Assembly: GCA_036172245.1 (NCBI GenBank)
Contig: JAYWIR010000013.1
Coordinates: 3,038,001-3,102,000, forward strand
Reading direction: 5' to 3'
Origin: Raillietiella orientalis
Taxonomy: Eukaryota
Length of the DNA stretch: 64,000 nt
The notes below the pieces were generated by a model that saw only the letters and a list, made by a program, of their open reading frames with translations, was not told where the DNA came from and did not search any database. Positions 53,701-64,000 of this stretch are shown piece after piece. The position numbers and the translations under genes are program-made. Every line of letters begins with the position of its first letter. The stretch's first letter is position 1.

Positions 53701-56700
53701 ATACATACATTTATTATTACGTACGTAACACATGCCAATGCAGCACAGAAAAGCAGCAGACTTTTCAGGAATGTCTTCGGCATGGTTGTTGTGTGTGTGT
53801 GTTTTTTTTTCCTTTTCTTTGCGCTCGGCCCATTTATTCTTTCTGCGGATGATGCAGTCGGTAGCTTTTCTGTGTGCATTTTTTGTTCACTTTCAGGATT
53901 GCCGAACTTTTTTTGGAGTTTTTCGTAAGTGGCCTACCGTAAAGGGGTGTTACTCGTTTTCATTTTGCGTAAAAAATTGCCTGGCAAGCTATCACACGGT
54001 GAACCGTTTTTTATTCCGAAGAAGCGTGGTGCTGAGTTTTTTTCTTTTTCTTTTCCCGTGCCACATGAGATGAGTTCCTATGATGTCACTTTCCACTGCG
54101 CTTCGTAATGCGTATCCCTTCCAGAAGAATCGCAGTCAGGCGAGGAAAAGAGACAAAAGTAAAAAAGGAAAAAGAAAAAAAAAGAGAAAAGAAACCACGT
54201 CGGTCAAAAGAGCGTACTTGGATTCTGCTCACCAGGGTTACGGGTTTGATCCGTGGTTCCTTCCGTGTTGTCGTCTCGAAGTATTCACAGTCCGTACTTG
54301 CATGAGGGTAATTCGATTGTTCTGCCTTAAAATGCTTTTGTTTGCATTACAGCACGAATTATTCTCGTCATTTCTCAACATGGTCACCACCTTTCTCCAC
54401 ACACCTTCCAGCGATGCACCATTGCCCCATGATGCCATTGTGGTTTCCATGACTGATCGCGCGACCCATTTTGCACCACACTCTGCACCTTGTCAGTTCG
54501 AAAGTTGTGGATTCCTGCCGCTTTTAAGGGTTGAAGAGAGGCGGTGGTGTCTCCTCGGTTTGCGAGGTCTGGTGAGTAGGGTCGGGGGTGGTTGGGTGTG
54601 GGAGGACTTTCCTGCAAACGCTTAATGCTTTTCGTCTGCTCAGCGGAATCCACTTGCGTGCAGGCTGGGAGGTGCAGAAGGTGCTGTGCAAAGTCGGTTG
54701 TGCGCCAACCGCCGTTTCCCACATGGGTGATGCGCTGGAAGGCATGGCGTCTAGGGAAGTGTGGTGTTCATCTTCGGAAACGGTGCTAGGTGTGCTGTGG
54801 CAATTATAACGATTTCATGTCGAAACGGTTGTTTTCATTTGGATCATCCTCGCATATTTTGGGCCACGGGGACCACAAATCTGTACACGCAAAAGGGAGG
54901 GAAGTCCATCCGCAGCTCGTTTCGACAGACTTGGCCGTTTCTGGTACAGCTGAAATAACGGAGGAATGTAAGCGATGCGGTACACTTGTGAACACCACGG
55001 CACCCAACTGCACCCAGGGCATGGGCAGAGCGCCGGAGAGTACGTGATGCCATGCACGGTCCGCAAAATGTGGGTGACCACTGCAAAGTGGACTATGCTC
55101 GGTCCAGCTTACGCTAGGCGACTTTCTTTCGCGTGGATGGCCAATTTTGGTTGCACGTTTTGGTTTTCGTGCCTCCCTCCAAAAAGGATGATGGGTTGAT
55201 GCAACTAGCGGGAGGGAACACTTTTGAAGCTGGGAACCATTAATTCCAGTGCATGCTAGTTTCCACTCTTATGGCTTGTAAGATCTTGTGTTCGGGGCAC
55301 TTGGAAGGGATTCAGGTTCGTATTCTTCCTCATTAGCTAATTTGTGAGATGCAAGTGGGTGTTCAGTAAGCTCTTCAGACTGCGCACAAAAATGGGGGAG
55401 GGGGGAAGTATAACACAGCTGCAGTATAACTCGATTTCCCTGCAAACCACACGAGGATCGGTGTATGCGAAAGGTGGATTGCGTTTCCCCTGGGAATTTC
55501 CCCCACCGCGTCCATCTCCACGTGAACCGTGCTTTGGCAGTGGTGCCTGGACAGGATCTAGTCCGTACAAGAGTGAGCGTGCAAGAAGACATCCGGCACC
55601 TCGCGCTACCCCACCGAAGAGTTCGAAAATTTGAAAATGTGCGAAAATACAATTTCCGGTCAGGGTGGCTCGGTTCCACTGTGGTAGCCGACCGAGCTAC
55701 CTCAGTCGCACCAAACTGAGGTCGCAGTCGATCGCATGTCGTAGGAGCATCTGAATTGCTTCAGCGTTTGCTAAATTCTAACCTTTCATCGGATTTCGCA
55801 TGCAAGTGTTGGGTGTTTGAAGCCCCGAGAACGTTCCTCACGCGCTAACAAAATCACTGACCATAAACCACGGAGGTTCTCGTGGTGTGTGTGGGCTGTC
55901 GGCTTCGCGCCCCCGCCACGTTCTTTCCTGCACAGCCGACAAGAAATCCGAAATACCGTGCGACCCGAAGTGTCGACGAGAACGACCGACGTCTCGCAAC
56001 ACTTGCGACATTGCGAACTTCTGTGTGTGTCTGCAGTGTTCTCAGGACTTCGCCTAAAATGGACTGGTTCACCTTCGTGCGATTCGTTTGCGTTGCCCCT
56101 CAGAACGTGAAAGGAAAGCTAATCATCGCGAAGCCGTTGCCTCAGTTTCCGCAGAACGTTCGATTTTTTGTTCCTTTCGGGGTTTTCCCCGAAGAAATTA
56201 ATGCATCGCACCGAGAATGGCGTGAAAGATCAGTAATCACCTTCAAATTATCTGCTCTTTAACGGTTGCGAAATTCGGTTCCGAAGTTTCAGATCCCAAA
56301 TTCAGTGTGCGTGACAGTTTAGCGTACCTATTCCTGATCCTGGAGCCCGAAACGAAAGGATGCACTTTGTGGAAGTGCTTCGCCCTTTTTATGGGATGCT
56401 TTGAGGGGCGCATTTCCTTCGCTGCTGCTACCACACTCCGTCCAAGGCGTCTGCGCCGAAGAATATTGACAGTCGTTATGTTGATGGTCGAATTCCCGAA
56501 TCACGCGATAAGCGCATAAATTCCGTTTGCATTGATTTTTGATTCGAGCCGCAGCTTGAGGTAATGCAGAGCTAATTATACATTATGGAAGACCATCTCT
56601 GCAGTCGTGGTTTGCAATCTCCATCTACAGTACCACATCTCGGTGCTGTTCATTCGGCTGTGGTTCATCCTGCAGCACTTTCTGCTCAGTGGAATGCGAA

Positions 56701-59700
56701 AGGAATTATATGATGGTTTAAGTAAATCACAAGTTCAAGTACCACGGGCAATTCGATGAAGGATCCGTCGGGCACTCGGAGTAACTTGGCGCCCTGTCGA
56801 ATTCTCTCTACTGGTTGCTGCACACGCTTTCGAGTAACCGCTTGCTGTTTATTCTTTTGCCCAGCTGCATTGTTCTTTCAGACGATTCGGTTTCCCTGCC
56901 ATTTTTCTTGTAGCACCACCGACTGAGATCGCTGTGCAACTTTTTTTTCCACTCTTTGTCTTCCCCGCTGTCCTTTGTGTTCTTAATTGGAAAGCCGTAA
57001 TTCAGAACGATCGACTGCATGTTTACTCGTTCTTATTTATGCGGTGCGTGTTTACCTTCCCATGCAATCGTAGTTGCCTTTCCACGCGTGTGAGTTGTTT
57101 CTCCGGGAGTTCACGTGTTCCGAAGAGTCAGCGGTCCCGTCTGGATCCCTGTCGGATTCGCAACCGAGCGATTACCCATATCTCTCCTTTAACTTCAGCC
57201 CCTCTGCATGTTTCAACGCTTCCCATCCTCCTTTCCATCACGTCTCTGCGAAGCTCTTGGATTCTTCTCGTGTGGGTGTTTTGCTTCGGACAGATAACGC
57301 CAAGCGAATTCCGTGGCTCTTTGTCAGTCTTCAGCCTCGCATCAGATGGCTGCGTGGAACCTCGGTTTCCCGACCAAGCTCTGTGCAGCTAGAGGATGCG
57401 GATGCTTGGAAATGCCGGAATCAGTAGAAGAGGGAGGAAGAGGGGGGGGGGGGTCGTTATGGAAACGTGTGGGCTGCTCGAAATAGTACTCGAATTTGCA
57501 CCGAGAGCACGATTGTATATACAGAAGAGATCCTCCGTCGACAGCTCTCTTGTGGTATTTCGCAAATCGTCTTCGATCGAACTGTACCATCGCCCATCCC
57601 ATATCGTGGAGATCGTGCATTCTGCTATGTCTCTTTCGCGAGGAAAGAAGGAAGGGCGCTTCGTTTGAGCTTTGCGACTTCGGGCTCGACAGTTTGTTAC
57701 CTCCGCAATAAGCGAGAAAGAGGAAGGCAGGGAAGTCCAGGGAAGAGACACTTCAGTTAGAATGAGTTCAAGCTGTGGGGACCTCTAATTACTGGGATGC
57801 CGATGCTGCCACTAAGTGGATTTTTCATTTTTGAATATGCTCGTGCGCCACCGTTGGTGTGTCTCCTTAGAATGGGACTTTGTAAGCGAGACGTGGTCCG
57901 TGCTTGTGCTAGGCAGCAGAACCGCCTTGTTCCAGTACCAGCGACTACCGTGTTTCTTCTTGTTCAGTGGAACCAGGAAACGCATAGCAGATGGAAGGCG
58001 CACGAAATCGAACCTGCGTCTACTGTGCCTTTCTATGTGACGCGAGCATTGGCCATCGTCGCCAGAAAGTCGGCGTTAGTGGAGCATTGCCGTGTAGCTT
58101 AAGTGGAGATCATTGGCAAAGCTGATTCTTTGCCGTTTCTAGGATAAAGAAATTAACCGAAGATAACAGCTTGCTGGAAGACGAATTCAGAGGATGCCGC
58201 CAGAACTGCTTCCAGCTTGCATCTGATCTGGAGAAACTGCATGCCAAGTTTTCCTGCGCTCAAGAAAACTGGAACAAGGACAAACAGGTTTCGAATTCCA
58301 GAATTGTCCTGTATCCTCCTCGTAGACGTATTACGATAATCTCAATAAAGAGCATTCCAAGCTTATGAATCTATGGAAAGAGTACCGCTATTTCCGTGAC
58401 TTCTATCTGGAATTCCAAGCCACAAGTCTGAAAGAATTCGGTCTGTGCAAACAGCAAATCTTGGATGTTGTCCTCAACGTGTCTTTGGCATTTCTTACTG
58501 CATCCACCGGCTGCGAAATTTCGGCTTCACTGCAGAAGGTTTGCTGATAACCGCACTCCATTCTTCCAGGATGCACAGCAATGCAGATGTGTGCGCGTAG
58601 GTGGAAGTAGCTCCATTGCTTGGCGGCAGCCCCTCCAAACTGTGGAACTGGATAGAAGAATTTGCGTCTCTCAAGCAAAAGCTGCACGACGAGAAGGAAG
58701 CTCTTCGAGTCCAAGTGCAGGAGCTGCGCCAGACGGTCTGCAAGTACGAGAAGGACTTCGAAGAAAGAAGCAAGACATGCGACGAGCTGCTCAACAGCAC
58801 CGACGAGCTGGTAACTGCAGTCTATCGTGGACTAGAGTGGGCAGCGTGACCTCGCCGTAGAAGGAGCAGTTGAGGAAAGAAAGGACCTTAAAGATCTCGC
58901 TTCAGGAAGAAGTAGCGTCCATAAAGGCGAACGCCTGCCTTCTTTACGACGTCATCAGCAAAAACGTTGAAACCAGTGACCGTTGGTAGGTGTGAAGTCT
59001 TGGTTGCGCTCATCTCCGTCGGTTCCAACTGTTTCCAGGCCTGAGAGGGTTTCCGTGGTTTCGTTGGAAGGCGTGACTGCGCTGGTTGCCAGCGCCGCAA
59101 AAAACCTTCAGGGTCAGAAAGCCGAGTTGCAAGTGAGAACTTCAAGATGTGCCTTCAAGGCACCTGCGGGTTTGCGTTCCCTTTCGACAGAAGTCCAGGA
59201 GTGAGATGCAGTCCATGCAGGAGCAGATCGAGGCCTGGCGGCAGGAAGTCGACAGCCTCAAGTTTGAGCAGACGTCTCTGACAAGGGACAGGGACCAGAA
59301 GCGAGCGGAGGCGCGCGCGCTGCTGGAAGAGAAGCACGCCCTGGAGAGCTCGTACGAGCAGCTGAAGAGGGAGAGCAGCGACCTGTCGAAGGAGCTGCAG
59401 GAGTGCCGTCAGATCGCAGCAGACTTCGAGCAGGAGTGTTCGAATCTGAAGAAGGAACTGCAGAGCGTGCAGGATGAGCGGAAGCTGTGGTAAGCGTGCC
59501 GGGACTCCGTTCCTTTCCCATCCTGAAAGATGGCGGCGGCGGCGGTTCAGTGATCAGAGAGTAGACGGCTTGGAGCGGCAGGTGATGCGTCTGAAGGAGG
59601 AAGCCCTTCAGGTCAAGGAGGCTCTGGACACAGCGTGCCAGGCGAAGGAGCATATCAGCATGGAAAAAATGCAGGTGGAAAGCAGGATTTCCGAGCTGGA

Positions 59701-62700
59701 ATCGAAGCAAAGTCTGTTCCTCTGGTGGGGGGGGGGCGTCATCTCTCACTCTTCGCCGTTTCCCCTTCCTCACAGGCAGCCTGGAGCTGTGCGTGAGCCA
59801 GCGGACCGAGGCGGAAGGCCGCCTGCGGGCGCTCGTGGGCGACCTCCAGCACCAGGTATCCCTGCTCGAGTCCGAGAGGGAAGGGCTGGAGGAACACCTC
59901 CGGAAGGTGAGGAGATCCGCCTGCCCGTCCGACTGTCACCCGTCCGCTAGGCCGAAGACGACAAGCGCCACGCCCTGGTCCAAGTGTGCGAACTGAGGAG
60001 CGAGCTGAAGAGCGTGCAGATCGAGCTGCTGGGCTTTGAGGAGGCAAGCGTGTCCAACGAGGAGGAGCAGAAGAAGACCTCCGAGTCGCTTCGCAGCAAG
60101 GACAAGGTCATCGAGAAGGTGAGCCGAGCTCTCGCTTCCTTCCCCGCCAGCCCCAACGTCCCGTGTCTTTTCCTCCTTGCCACCAGCTAAGAAAAAGGTC
60201 CGAGAGCGTGGCCAAGGAGAAAGACGAAGCTCTGAAGGCGAAGGTGATCCTGGAGTCCCGTTTGCAAGAAGTCGAAGCCGACCTCTCCCGAGCTCGCTTG
60301 GCTCTGGAGCAGTCGGTTAAGGAACTCACCGAAGCCTCGCGGGAGAACGCCGAGCTGGAGGTGAGGAATCACTCGGCACCTTGGCAACGACCTGAGTCTT
60401 CCCTTTTCCCAGGTGAAGGTTTCTTCCGTGGAGAGGGAGCTGAGAAGATGCAAGGAACAGGTGGCTTCCCTGAGCACAGAGAAGAACACCCTGGAGGCTG
60501 CGATGTACGAGTGTCAGGCCACCCTAGGCAGCGCCCGAGTGCGGACGGAGCACCTGGAGAAGGAGGCGAAGTCCCTCAGCCTCCGCAACGAGAAGATGAA
60601 GAGCCAGGTGCTCCAGCTGGAACACGGGCTGCACCAAGAACGCGAGAGGATGAGGACGCAGCTTTCTGACTTTGAGAAGCGCCTTAAGCAGAAAGAAACA
60701 GAGCATCATACTCAGCTCAGGAAGCTGCACGAGGAACTCAACGAGGAAATTCACAGGATACGGAACGAAAAGGTGATGGAAGATGCTTTGCGTGGAGGAG
60801 GGGGGGGGGGGATGGATCTCTTCTACGGAGCTTCCCATTCATATTCCTCTTCCGATCCTCTGTTTCTCCCCCCTTTGTTTTCTTATCCTCTGGTCCAGAT
60901 TAGCATGCAGAAAGACATCTATAATTCCTTCAAGAAGAGGCATGAAGACATGGTAGAGGAGAGGTTCAGGGAGATGGAGAGGGTGCTGAAGGATAAAGAC
61001 TATCTGATCGAGTCCCTGAAGGTGGACGGCGAGCGTCTGAAGGCAGGCCGCGACAGCTTCATACAGGTCGAGACGAAATGTGAGATGCCCCCCCGCCTCA
61101 GCATCCTTCTCCCCCCACACGCACACCTGGATGTCATGTGCAGATCAGGAGCAGATCGACTCTCTGCAGAGGTGCCTCTCAGACAAGTCCAGAGCCCTCC
61201 AGTGCATCGAGGCCGCCCATGCCGACGTCCAGATCAAATACGACGTCAGCCAGCAGACCATCGTGGAGCTGCAGGCGGCCCTGCGCCGGCTCGAGGAGGC
61301 GCAGAGCGGCAGGTAAGTGGAGCGGCGCCAAGCCCTCAGGACCACTTCTGATCCCCCTCCCTCCCCTTTCCAGCTGCCAACGGGAGGAAGAGGTGGCGTC
61401 ACTGAGGAAGTCATTCAAGGAGCTGCAGGAGCTGAAATGCAGCCTGGAATTTCAGCTGAGGGAAGCTCAGCGCAGCCTGGTGCAAGGTGGGCCGAGGGGA
61501 GGAAAGCGAAGGCGGGAGCGCGCTCCCGTTTTGGTGACGGCCGAGTAGCCACGGAAGAAAAGGATGACCTCTTGGAGCAGCTAACTGAAATCCGAAAGCA
61601 GCAGCTCTCCAGCGGGAGCCCCCGACACAGGTCGGAGGAGCTTCGGAAGACCGCACTGCAGTGGAGCGAGCTGCAGCAGAGCCTGGCTGCCGCCCAGAGA
61701 GACTTGCAGGGTGCGTTCTTCTCCTCCCCTTCCTCTATTCCTCCTCCCTTCCTCTCCCTTCTGCCTTCCTCCTCCTCCTCTTCTGCTTTACCGCTGCGTC
61801 TCGTTTTCTTCCCGTCTCTTCTCCGGTTTCTTCTCCTCCTTGCGTTCCATTTGTCCGCTCTGTTGGCTGTCTTTTCCTTCCCTTCCCCTCCTCCTCTTGA
61901 AAGAACGGCAGAACGACCGTCCCGTGCGCCTCCCTGATTTGCGATCCCGGAAATGCCTGACGGCACCCTCAGTTGTAGATGACTACAGGAACGCATCCGA
62001 GAAGGAGCTGAGGGTCCTGCGGGAAGAGCTGAAGCGGCACGAGGAGCGGGAGCAGCAGCTCAAGAAGGACGTCAGTGTCCTTCGTCAGAAGGTCGGTTCC
62101 CTCTCCTTGTCCCACCACCTCCTCCGGAATGTCCTCGGCAGGCACTGGAGGCGGAGACTGCCGCACAGGACAAGGACGTCTTCCTGGAGGACCTGCGGGG
62201 CAGGATTGAACGGGAGGAGAAACTCTGCGAGGACGCCAAGCGGGAGCTGCAGAGCGCGCGCCAGCAGGTGAGCCCCTCCCGTCCGTGAAAGGGAGAGGAG
62301 GGATTTGACGGGTGGTTGCTTCCCCCTCCCTCCGCACAGGTGCGCTCCACGCTCGCCGAGAGGGATCTGGTGAGCCGAGACGCGGACCTACTGAAGCAGC
62401 GACTGGAAGAGGTCTCGGACGCGTGGAGGCAGCAGGACGGCGCCCTCGAGCAGCTGCGGTGCGCGAAGCGCGCGCTGGAGGACAAGAGCGCCCGCCAGGA
62501 GGCGGAGCTGGCGGCAGCAGAGGCGCGCGCCCAGGAGCTGAAGGCACGTTGGGATGGGACGAGGGCCGGACGACTCTTCTCCCTCCACTCCGTGCTCCTC
62601 TCCATGTGTTGTTGCCCGGGGTAGGTGCGCATCGGGGACGCCGAGGGCCGCGTGTCCGCCCTGGAGGCGCAAGTCCAACGCCTGGAGGACGCCCGTCGAG

Positions 62701-64000
62701 ATCTGGAGGACCAGCTTGCCTGCCTGTGCTGCTCCCTGCGGCGCATCGCGGGCGCACCGGGCCGCGGGGAAGGCGAGGAGCCGAGCGCGGTGGCGCCCGC
62801 AGAAGCCGCGCGCAGCGGGCTGCGCGAGGTCGCCTGCCGCCTGCGTGTCGCGGAACGCGAGCGAGTGAGCGAGGGGAGGGCGCAGCGCGATCCCCCCCCT
62901 CCTTTCTCCCTTCTTCCCGGACAGGACGAGGCAGTGGATCGCGCGCGTTCGCTGGAAGACACCGTGGGTGACCTGCAGGAGAGCCTCGAGGCGGCCCGCA
63001 GAGAGGGGGCGCGCCTGCAGGCGGACCTTCAGGAGGAGGCCGCCCGGAGATCCGACGCCGAGGCATCGCTGGACCAGGCGCGAGCTGACCTGCGGGAGAA
63101 GGAGGACGAGATGCGCCTGCAGGCGCGCGAGTGCGCCCGCCTGGAAGACAAGGTGGCTGCGCTGGAGGTGCACCTGGAAGAGGCGCGGACCGGCTGGAGC
63201 AGCACCCCCCGCGGACAGGTGAGGAGCCATCGCCCTGCCCGACCGCCGCTCTCATCCTGAAGCCATGGGGGGAGGCAGGAGGACGGCGGAGGCTGCGAGG
63301 AGGGCGCGACGGCCTTGGCGACCCTGCGTGCAATGGCCGAAGAGGAGGCTGCAGCGTGCCGGGTACGTGTCGGCGGGGTGGCCGCCCCTGGGGGAGGGGG
63401 AGGGGGATATAGGAACGAGCGTGACCGTGCCCCTGCTGCGCCCCTTCTTCGCGCCCTTTTCCGTTCCCGCAGGAGCTGAGGGCACGTCTGGATGGGCTCA
63501 GCGCCCGGCAGCGCCGGACGGAGGAGGAGCGCGACCAGGCGCTGCTGCTGCTGCGAGCCTCCACTGCCGCGTCCGAGGAGGAGAGTCGCGCCATGCGCCG
63601 GAAGATGGTGGCTCTGGAGGCGCACGTCCGGGACCGTGTGGTCGACGTGAGTCTCCTTCCCCCCTCCTCGCGCGACGAACCCCCCCTCGCTTCCGCTCAG
63701 CTGGAGCGGCAGGTGGCAACGCTGTCCGCCGAGAGGGACTCCCTGCGCGGCACCGTGGACGCCGGCGCGTGCGCCGCCGAGGAGCTCCGCAGGAGGAACC
63801 GCGAGCTGCATGCGCGCGTGCGCGAGCAGGAGGAGGAACTTTCCGGTCTGCAGCTGCGCGCCCCGGAGCTCGAGATGCAGCGGAACGACTTGGAGAAGGT
63901 GCGTGGGAGGTCTGAGAAGACTCGGGGAAGTTGAGCCCCTCCCAGTCTGTAGTGCTCGGCCGCAGCGCCGAGCGCGACCTCTCCGAGAAGCTGCGCGAGG
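50785..64000 (+). CDS. Rootletin/CROCC-family long coiled-coil protein (5' start uncertain, 3' end beyond the window). Exons: ~50757-50829, 50890-51000, 52461-52589, 52946-53124, 58143-58287, 58326-58538, 58601-58810, 58861-58985, 59039-59133, 59191-59488, 59551-59711, 59776-59906, 59951-60118, 60187-60360, 60413-60772, 60899-61066, 61149-61312, 61374-61486, 61549-61710, 61973-62091, 62142-62267, 62340-62543, 62625-62864, 62925-63218, 63279-63362, 63473-63646, 63701-63898, 63946-64000
   Basis: Exons splice in one continuous frame. The N-terminal region resembles rootletin as I recall it: QNKMLQCELNRVQEVLSACRAEKDQILIKYN, AELIVKLQAKVLQWRQRCQE, DLEAALTELEKQ, LASDLEKL, EHSKLMNLWKE. Over 1000 aa of E/L/R/K/Q/A-rich heptad sequence follow. 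Exact orthology (CROCC, CEP250 or nematode CHE-10/LFI-1-like) cannot be determined by eye. Confidence 0.85.
51900..52440 (+). mobile_element. Possible intronic LINE endonuclease fragment
   Basis: GHDGRIADVVCRI (D-x-GR motif), inside the intron 51001-52460. Confidence 0.3.
53150..57750 (+). mobile_element. Several short LINE-like fragments inside the 5-kb rootletin intron
   Basis: FVFCGGD...PNLWK (~53290-53420), HDAIVV (~54430), VSVQED (~55580), VFRKSSSIELYH (~57560). Individually weak. Confidence 0.3.
61711..61900 (+). repeat. Low-complexity CT-rich intronic tract
   Basis: About 190 nt dominated by C/T (ctcctcccctt...). Confidence 0.8.

Noticed and set aside
57985..58080. GGTTCGA B-box-like sequence on the minus strand (tRNA or SINE?)
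   Set aside because: No cloverleaf or convincing A box could be built.
61969..63594. 541-aa minus-strand ORF and other long Pro/Arg/Ala-rich ORFs
   Set aside because: Antisense shadow of GC-rich rootletin exons; low complexity, no domain.

Overview
Eukaryotic (invertebrate animal) genomic DNA; the phosphate-carrier sequence and tiny introns suggest a nematode, possibly clade I, but that is inference only. There are three compartments. (1) An AT-rich, CpG-poor island (~10.7-29.5 kb) holds four intact spliced housekeeping genes: CDK5 (+), mitochondrial phosphate carrier SLC25A3/PiC (+), AP endonuclease 2 APEX2 (-) and TOE1 (-), mostly with 41-60 nt introns. (2) A long rootletin/CROCC-family coiled-coil gene (+, from ~50.8 kb, running off the window end) can be spliced in frame through about 24 exons; it becomes very GC- and CpG-rich towards its 3' end and has one GC-AG intron. 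(3) Most of the remainder is a dense graveyard of frameshifted L1/Tx1-type non-LTR retrotransposon ORF2 relics (AP-endonuclease, RT and C-terminal CCHC motifs on both strands), plus two Penelope-like relics. Relic boundaries were set by eye from motif remnants and are approximate. I found no unambiguous novel system. The best leads are the mirror-image upstream architecture of CDK5 and TOE1 (splice donor, hairpin, ~1.1 kb leader, ~500 nt intron), two pre-miRNA-like hairpins, the sharp CpG/GC compartmentalisation, and short introns lacking polypyrimidine tracts.
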